DNA from: Candidatus Bathyarchaeia archaeon
GTDB lineage: Archaea > Thermoproteota > Bathyarchaeia > Bathyarchaeales > Bathycorpusculaceae
NCBI GenBank assembly: GCA_038882955.1
Contig: JAVZNC010000002.1
Span: 160,001-224,000, forward strand
Direction: 5' to 3'
DNA length: 64,000 bases
The translations under genes were made by a program, and so were the position numbers. This document shows, in pieces, positions 58,575-64,000 of the stretch (position 1 is its first letter; every line of letters begins with the position of its first letter). The notes under the pieces are model-generated. The model made no database searches, was not told the DNA's origin, and saw nothing but the letters and a program-made list of their open reading frames with translations.

Positions 58575-59146
58575 TCTCCTCGCTCCTCTTCGTGCTCCAA
58601 TATTTGAGCTTTCCATCTGTGGATAAGTTTGCGTAAACGTTCGTAAATTAGCCTTTCCTCACGCGTGAGGTTTTTCAAAATCTGTTCGGTTTGTCCAAAA
58701 TTTGCAGTTGCCAGCGAAACAATCTTTTTTAGGCGCGCGTTAATCATGTCACGTATCACTTGCCTACTTTTTTCGTATTCCCTCATCTTTTCTGGAGACT
58801 TTGCCGAAGCCTTCTTTAGCTCCGCCAAATACCTTCGCAATTTTGGATAAAAGTTCTCTGGAAGCTTTGATATCTGGCTTGGCGTTTGGACGCGTTCCAT
58901 CCACTGAATCTTATAAATCTTTTTCGCATCCAAAAGTTCTTCTTCACGAAAGCGGACAATTCCAGCCCTTTCAAGTTCTTGTGCAATCCAGAACGGTACT
59001 TCGTACACATTTCCTTCTTCGAAAGGTCCAACATTCAGCCCCACAAGCTTAATTTCGGGGCAGTTCCTGTTTGCAATAACGCTTACTGGCAAATTTTCAA
59101 ATTCGAAGTCTAAAGTTTTGATGTTTGGCAAAGTCTTTTCCTGCAT
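58571..59146 (-). CDS. GINS subunit Gins23
   Basis: EVPFWIAQEL, KLPENFY, RLKKI, NLTREE; overlaps mcm start. Confidence 0.88.
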   Translation of the reverse strand: MQEKTLPNIKTLDFEFENLPVSVIANRNCPEIKLVGLNVGPFEEGNVYEVPFWIAQELERAGIVRFREEELLDAKKIYKIQWMERVQTPSQISKLPENFYPKLRRYLAELKKASAKSPEKMREYEKSRQVIRDMINARLKKIVSLATANFGQTEQILKNLTREERLIYERLRKLIHRWKAQILEHEEERGE

Positions 59147-59280
59147 TTCCTCTTTCCCTTTATTTAGGACTATTTTCGCGTAGAAGATATAAGGACAGTA
59201 GTTTAAAAATTTAGATTGCGAAATTAAAAACACGAAGGTTGTATGAGAAAATTGAATCTAGTCGATTCTGCGGTTTTCTG

Positions 59281-60540
59281 TTAAGGCCATAGCCCCAATG
59301 TTTTTATTGCTTCGCTTACTCTTCCGATGCCAAGCATCAAAGCTGCTGTGCGCATGCTCTCTTTCTCCTTCTCCATCAAGTTGTAAACGTCATTAAACGC
59401 CTTCACCATAATGTTCTCGAGTTTTCTGTTCACTTCTTCAAGTGTCCAATGTTCCCTTGTCAGGTTTTGAACCCACTCGAAATAGCTTGCGGTTACACCG
59501 CCAGCATTTGCCAATATGTCTGGAACTAGGAAAACTCTTTTTTCCCGAAGTATTTTATCTGCCTCTGGAGTTGTCGGTCCGTTTGCACCTTCAACTATTA
59601 TTTTTGCTCTTATCCTGTTTGCGTTGGCTTTTGTTATCTGGTTTTCAAGCGCCGCTGGTATTAGGATGTCACATTTTGTCTCAAGCAATTCTTCGTTTGA
59701 TATATTCTTGCATTTTGGATAATTGATTACCGAGCCAGTTTTCATTTTATGTTCGTAAACTTTGCGTGGGTTTAACCCGTCTGGGCAATAAATTCCTCCA
59801 GCGGAATCGCTAACTGCCACGATTTTGCATCCCATGTCATGTGCGATTTTAGCTGCGTTCCATCCGACGTTTCCGTAGCCTTGCACTGCAGCTGTTGCGC
59901 CCTTAAACTTTAAGCCTAAACGTTTTGCTGCTTCTCTTGCGCAGATTACAACTCCTCTTGAGGTAGCTTCTTCTCTACCCTCAGAGCCTCCTACGCTTAT
60001 TGGTTTGCCAGTGACGCATTCTGGTACGCTGTAACCTTTGTATTGGCTGTATGTGTCCATTATCCATGCCATTGTTTGCGCGTCTGTGTACACGTCTGGT
60101 GCTGGCACATCACGGTATGGTCCAATATAGTCAAGAATTAGACTTGTGTATCTTCTTGTGAGCCTTTCCAGTTCAGTTTTTGACATTTCTTTCGGGTTGC
60201 AGCATACTCCGCCTTTTGCCCCTCCGTATGGAATGTCTACGACTGCGCATTTCCAAGTCATCCACATGGCGAGTGCTGTTACTTCTTCGAGTGTTACATT
60301 TGGGTGATAGCGTATGCCGCCTTTGAATGGTCCACGTGCATCCCAGTGTTGAACACGGCATCCATTGAATGTGCGTATGCTTCCGTCATCCATCCTTATT
60401 GTAATGGAAACAATTAACGACCTTTTAGGATGCTTCAGCATCTCATGGGTTCCAGGGTCTAAATTTAGTTTTTCAGCGGCTATTTCTAACTGTTCCAAAG
60501 CCACATCTAATGCTGTTTGTTGCTCTTTCATATTCTCCAC
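59281..60540 (-). CDS. gdhA: Glutamate dehydrogenase (Glu/Leu/Phe/Val family)
   Basis: [47 protein letters not shown]. Confidence 0.95.
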   Translation of the reverse strand: MENMKEQQTALDVALEQLEIAAEKLNLDPGTHEMLKHPKRSLIVSITIRMDDGSIRTFNGCRVQHWDARGPFKGGIRYHPNVTLEEVTALAMWMTWKCAVVDIPYGGAKGGVCCNPKEMSKTELERLTRRYTSLILDYIGPYRDVPAPDVYTDAQTMAWIMDTYSQYKGYSVPECVTGKPISVGGSEGREEATSRGVVICAREAAKRLGLKFKGATAAVQGYGNVGWNAAKIAHDMGCKIVAVSDSAGGIYCPDGLNPRKVYEHKMKTGSVINYPKCKNISNEELLETKCDILIPAALENQITKANANRIRAKIIVEGANGPTTPEADKILREKRVFLVPDILANAGGVTASYFEWVQNLTREHWTLEEVNRKLENIMVKAFNDVYNLMEKEKESMRTAALMLGIGRVSEAIKTLGLWP

Positions 60541-60613
60541 TCCTTACTATGTTTCTTCGCTAGTGGTTTTAAAACTTGTTCTGCGTGAAACTTAAAAAAG
60601 AAGAGGAGGTTGG

Positions 60614-62230
60614 TTAGTCTAATATTCTTTCGATGGCATCTGCTTCAATCTCGTGCGGTAATGGTATGCCTGTCACTTTTGCGGCGATTTCTGATAGGCT
60701 CATCAGATCGTTTCTGTTTATTAGTTCCAGTTTCCATTTTCTGTTTCCAGCCAAGAGCTGCTTTAAGCCGACGCCTATGCGGTCTGTCAAGTAAGTGTAA
60801 AGTGCAACTGCTTCCCATGGAATTTCTTTGAAGCGTTCGCCATGCTTTTCCTTGAGTTCCGGCGCTGCGATGAAGAATTTGTCTGGAGTGTTTCCGAATC
60901 TGTCCGCGAAGGCTTTTGGCAGTTTGCCCTCTTCAGCCAATTGTTTGAAGTAGTTTGCCTTCATTACAGCGGTTAATGGTGAGCGTCCCATCAGAACCGC
61001 CTTCACGAACGGTCCGTCTCCGAAGTTGCTCATGGCGATTGCCTTGAAAATTTGTGTTTCGTTTATGAAGCCCCCAGCCATAATCAAGTCTGGAACGTAT
61101 CTGCCCTTCTTTTTCAGTAATTGTGCGCACTTCAGAACTATTGCTTCTAAGTAAACGGTTGGTATGCTCATCTCGTCCATCATTGGAACGGGGCTCATTC
61201 CAGTTCCGCCGCCAGCACCGTCAAAGTATACCGCGTCAATCTTTGCTTCGGAGGCTATTTTTAGGGTGTATGCCACTGCTGTTGGTCTGTATGCGCCAGT
61301 TTTTAGTGTCACGTGCTTTGCGCCTTGCTTGCGCAGCCATTCTATGTCTTCAATCATGTTCTTTTCTTTCGGTATTCCAACGCGGCTGTGTCTCTCGAAG
61401 GATTTGAAGACTCCTTCTTTGAATGCTTGCTGCACTGTAGGGTCTTCTGGGTCTGGGATAACTATATATCCTCTTTTCTTTAGCATTATCGCCTTTTGCA
61501 AGTCTCTTACGCGAACCTCGCCTCCAATCGCCTTTGCTCCTTGTCCCCACTTTCTCTCTATTACGTTGACTTCCAGTTTTGAGATGGCGTAGACGTCAAC
61601 TCCCAAGCGTTGGTCTTCAACGTTTGTTTGGACGGCTATGTCTCCGTATTTTTCATCCCAGAACTTCCTGAACAAGTCTACTCTGCGTTTTAATTCTTTC
61701 GAATAGGTGACCTTGCCATTTGTGAATTGCGCTTCTGGGTCCATGCCGCAGACGTTTTCTCCGACGATTATTATGGCGCCTGACAATGCTGTGCCTATGG
61801 CTAATCCTTCCCAGTTTAGTCTTGCAACGTCTGTTGAGCCGAAGGCGCCGCATAAAACTGGTATTTTTAGTGGTATGCCTGCAACGACCGTTTCTGTGCT
61901 TGCGTTTGGAAACAGCGCAACATCGGAGTTTTCCTCTATTCCTAAAGCTTCAAAAAGTCCAGCTTGTATGTTGAAGTGTGACCAATCCAGTCCAAAGTCT
62001 TTGAGGGCGCCTGCTGTGCTGTATCCGAATTGTACTGGTTCTGGGTATAGTGCTTCTCTTCCTCTGAAAGCTGAAAGTCCAATTTCGCACATTATTGGGC
62101 AGTCGCGGATGCATATCGGGCACATTCCGCTTGTTGGGCTTGTGTCTTTGACTCGTGTGGTTGTTCCTGTTGTCGATTTTCCGTTCAAATAAGAACTGTT
62201 TCTAAACACGCGTTCGGTCATCTTCTTCAC
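60614..62230 (-). CDS. FMN-binding glutamate synthase-related protein with N-terminal Cys cluster
   Basis: SGMCPICIRDCPIMCE, KWGQGAKAIGGE, LKTG, DGAGGGTGMSP. Confidence 0.85.
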   Translation of the reverse strand: MKKMTERVFRNSSYLNGKSTTGTTTRVKDTSPTSGMCPICIRDCPIMCEIGLSAFRGREALYPEPVQFGYSTAGALKDFGLDWSHFNIQAGLFEALGIEENSDVALFPNASTETVVAGIPLKIPVLCGAFGSTDVARLNWEGLAIGTALSGAIIIVGENVCGMDPEAQFTNGKVTYSKELKRRVDLFRKFWDEKYGDIAVQTNVEDQRLGVDVYAISKLEVNVIERKWGQGAKAIGGEVRVRDLQKAIMLKKRGYIVIPDPEDPTVQQAFKEGVFKSFERHSRVGIPKEKNMIEDIEWLRKQGAKHVTLKTGAYRPTAVAYTLKIASEAKIDAVYFDGAGGGTGMSPVPMMDEMSIPTVYLEAIVLKCAQLLKKKGRYVPDLIMAGGFINETQIFKAIAMSNFGDGPFVKAVLMGRSPLTAVMKANYFKQLAEEGKLPKAFADRFGNTPDKFFIAAPELKEKHGERFKEIPWEAVALYTYLTDRIGVGLKQLLAGNRKWKLELINRNDLMSLSEIAAKVTGIPLPHEIEADAIERILD

Positions 62231-62350
62231 CCTTTTACGTTTGTAAATTTCGGTATGAAGGGGTTAATTTTAGTCAACATTTAAACATTACCCTAGAAAC
62301 AGCGAAAAATGAACATGAATGTACATGAAGCGTGCAATTTTACCTCGCCA

Positions 62351-63094
62351 TTAAAGAACATCTATTTGTAAGCCCTTAACTGTGTACTCTCGCCGCTGAT
62401 ATGTTTGCGGATTATACCTTCCACCAGCCTTCTTTATCTGCAAAAAGTTTTTGTCACCCTGCCTTGAAAGGTCAATAACAACTTGTGTCATATGCTCAAT
62501 TATTGCACAAAACTCTTTTGGATGCGCGTTCTTCGCCATCGTCCAACAAGCAAGAGTTTGATAAGCATACAATGCGGGGCAAACATGCCCAAAAAACGTC
62601 TTGACCGCGTCTCTTCCCCAATTATGCTCCATAATTGACAAACTGTTAAAAACAAGCCTTGTACCTGGAGTTACAAATTCTCTTTCAATTCTCCCGAAAA
62701 AGTGGTGAAAACGCTCTGGATCTTTGGAGCTTGGAACTTTTCTAATCCACGTTGGTGCCTTGTCATAAAAATCACTGAATATGAGTTCGCCTTGTCCAGC
62801 TGCTTCTGAAAAACAGTCTAATACTAGCAGTTTCTTTTCCCATCCGTCTGGCAATGACTTGGTTAACGGTTCAAGTTGGAGTATCAGCGCTTGTGGAGGA
62901 TATATGAAATCTAGGTAAATTACCTGCTTTCCTTCTAATAGTCCTTGACGCATAAATGAATATAAAAATTCTCTCGCGAAGGTTCCAGATTCAACCTCCC
63001 ACAAAACATTCTCTCCTAGGAATAAACCGCCTTCAAGGAGCTTGTCTAGGCTTTTTATTCCAGTTGAATGAGGCATTTGTTTTTCGCTTGTCAA
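62351..63094 (-). CDS. KaiC/RAD55-like RecA-fold protein with degenerate Walker A (start TTG 63094 or ATG 63076)
   Basis: STGIKSLDKLLEGG..GENVLWEVESGTF (no GKT), C-term QVVIDL...LQIKKAGGR. Confidence 0.8.
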   Translation of the reverse strand: MTSEKQMPHSTGIKSLDKLLEGGLFLGENVLWEVESGTFAREFLYSFMRQGLLEGKQVIYLDFIYPPQALILQLEPLTKSLPDGWEKKLLVLDCFSEAAGQGELIFSDFYDKAPTWIRKVPSSKDPERFHHFFGRIEREFVTPGTRLVFNSLSIMEHNWGRDAVKTFFGHVCPALYAYQTLACWTMAKNAHPKEFCAIIEHMTQVVIDLSRQGDKNFLQIKKAGGRYNPQTYQRREYTVKGLQIDVL

Positions 63095-63248
63095 TGTTGT
63101 GCACCGTGTGTAAGAGTTTGCGGGCACCATTAAAAATGTTATGTTGTAATTTGGTTGTTTTATTGTGTTGTACAAGTGTGTACATAATGGACATAATATT
63201 TCTATAGTTGAACATTGCTTTTGTTAGTCTTCGGAAGGTGTGAAAAAG

Positions 63249-64000
63249 ATGTTGAACTCGGTAGAACTTTCAGCTCGTGAATTAGGAATGCTCAAGTTAA
63301 TGGTGGACTTCTTCGCCGAAAAACCAGAGTTAACAGCAAAAATAGAAAGTTACACAACAGCCCACTATGCCTTACTGACAACGTACTCTGAAAACTTTGG
63401 CATACCCATAGAAGATTCTCTAAAGGCTTTTGAAGAGCTAAGGAAGAAGTTGATGGATGCCGAGTACGTCCATGTGAAAGCGCCAGAACCCATAAAGAAA
63501 CTTTTGCCCTTAACACGCGATGAACTTAATATGCTGCGCGTTCTCGCTGACTATTTCTCCGAGAGTCCAAAAATGGCTCCTGCTGGGGCTTTCCTCTCTA
63601 GGAAAGAAGACGCTTTAGTTGAGACGTATTTATGGTTTTACGGAAACAGTGAAGGCAACGGCGAAGTAGCGAGGGAAACTCTCAAAAACCTAGTTGAGAA
63701 ACTCCAAACGGCAGTTTTCGTCAAAGTGGATACATTGGCTCCTATTGCGGTTGCGCCAAACCCTTACGAAGCCGCCCTTAAACAGCTAGACGTGGCTGTC
63801 GAAAAACTGAATCTTGACCCGGGCATACACGAAATATTAAAGCGTCCAATGCGTACCCTCATCGTTAACATTCCAGTAGTCATGGACGACGGCAGCATTC
63901 AAGTTTTCACCGGATACCGCGTGCAATACAATGACGCTTTGGGTCCAACAAAGGGCGGCATAAGATACCATCCAGACCTAACCCTGGACGAAGTCACAGC
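63249..64000 (+). CDS. Second glutamate dehydrogenase with ~170-aa N-terminal extension (runs off window; not in ORF track)
   Basis: Open frame from ATG 63249; GDH domain from ~63759: [10 protein letters not shown]...[31 protein letters not shown]. Confidence 0.9.
   Translation, partial: MLNSVELSARELGMLKLMVDFFAEKPELTAKIESYTTAHYALLTTYSENFGIPIEDSLKAFEELRKKLMDAEYVHVKAPEPIKKLLPLTRDELNMLRVLADYFSESPKMAPAGAFLSRKEDALVETYLWFYGNSEGNGEVARETLKNLVEKLQTAVFVKVDTLAPIAVAPNPYEAALKQLDVAVEKLNLDPGIHEILKRPMRTLIVNIPVVMDDGSIQVFTGYRVQYNDALGPTKGGIRYHPDLTLDEVT

Overview
Archaeal chromosomal segment, most likely Bathyarchaeia (inferred from PolD together with Elf1, split GINS15/GINS23, Csl4, PorGDAB and the gene order). 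It begins at a replication origin: a partial cdc6/orc1 gene followed by three 22-bp ORB elements. Most of the window is core information-processing genes (DP2, PCNA, PriL, PriS, GINS15/23, MCM, SRP54, Pus10, ribosomal proteins, aIF5A, aIF2a, TFS, Rpo4, Rpo11, Nop10). The most notable unexplained structures are: (1) three oriC-adjacent DNA-binding proteins, one a membrane-anchored coiled-coil winged-helix, together with a repeated 16-bp site GACATCACACATCACA, a candidate origin-tethering/segregation system; (2) a glutamate locus with two GDH paralogues, one carrying a tandemly duplicated ~80-aa N-terminal domain, plus an FMN glutamate-synthase-like protein, a Walker-A-degenerate KaiC/RecA-fold protein and shared TGNACA boxes; (3) a ~9-kb AT-rich glycosylation/archaeosortase island between priL and priS; (4) an unannotated C/D-box guide sRNA. 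Two small genes missed by the ORF track (Sec61beta, Nop10) and two disrupted genes were found by hand translation. No tRNA, rRNA, CRISPR array, integrase or transposase was seen. All assignments are by-eye motif recognition, not database searches.
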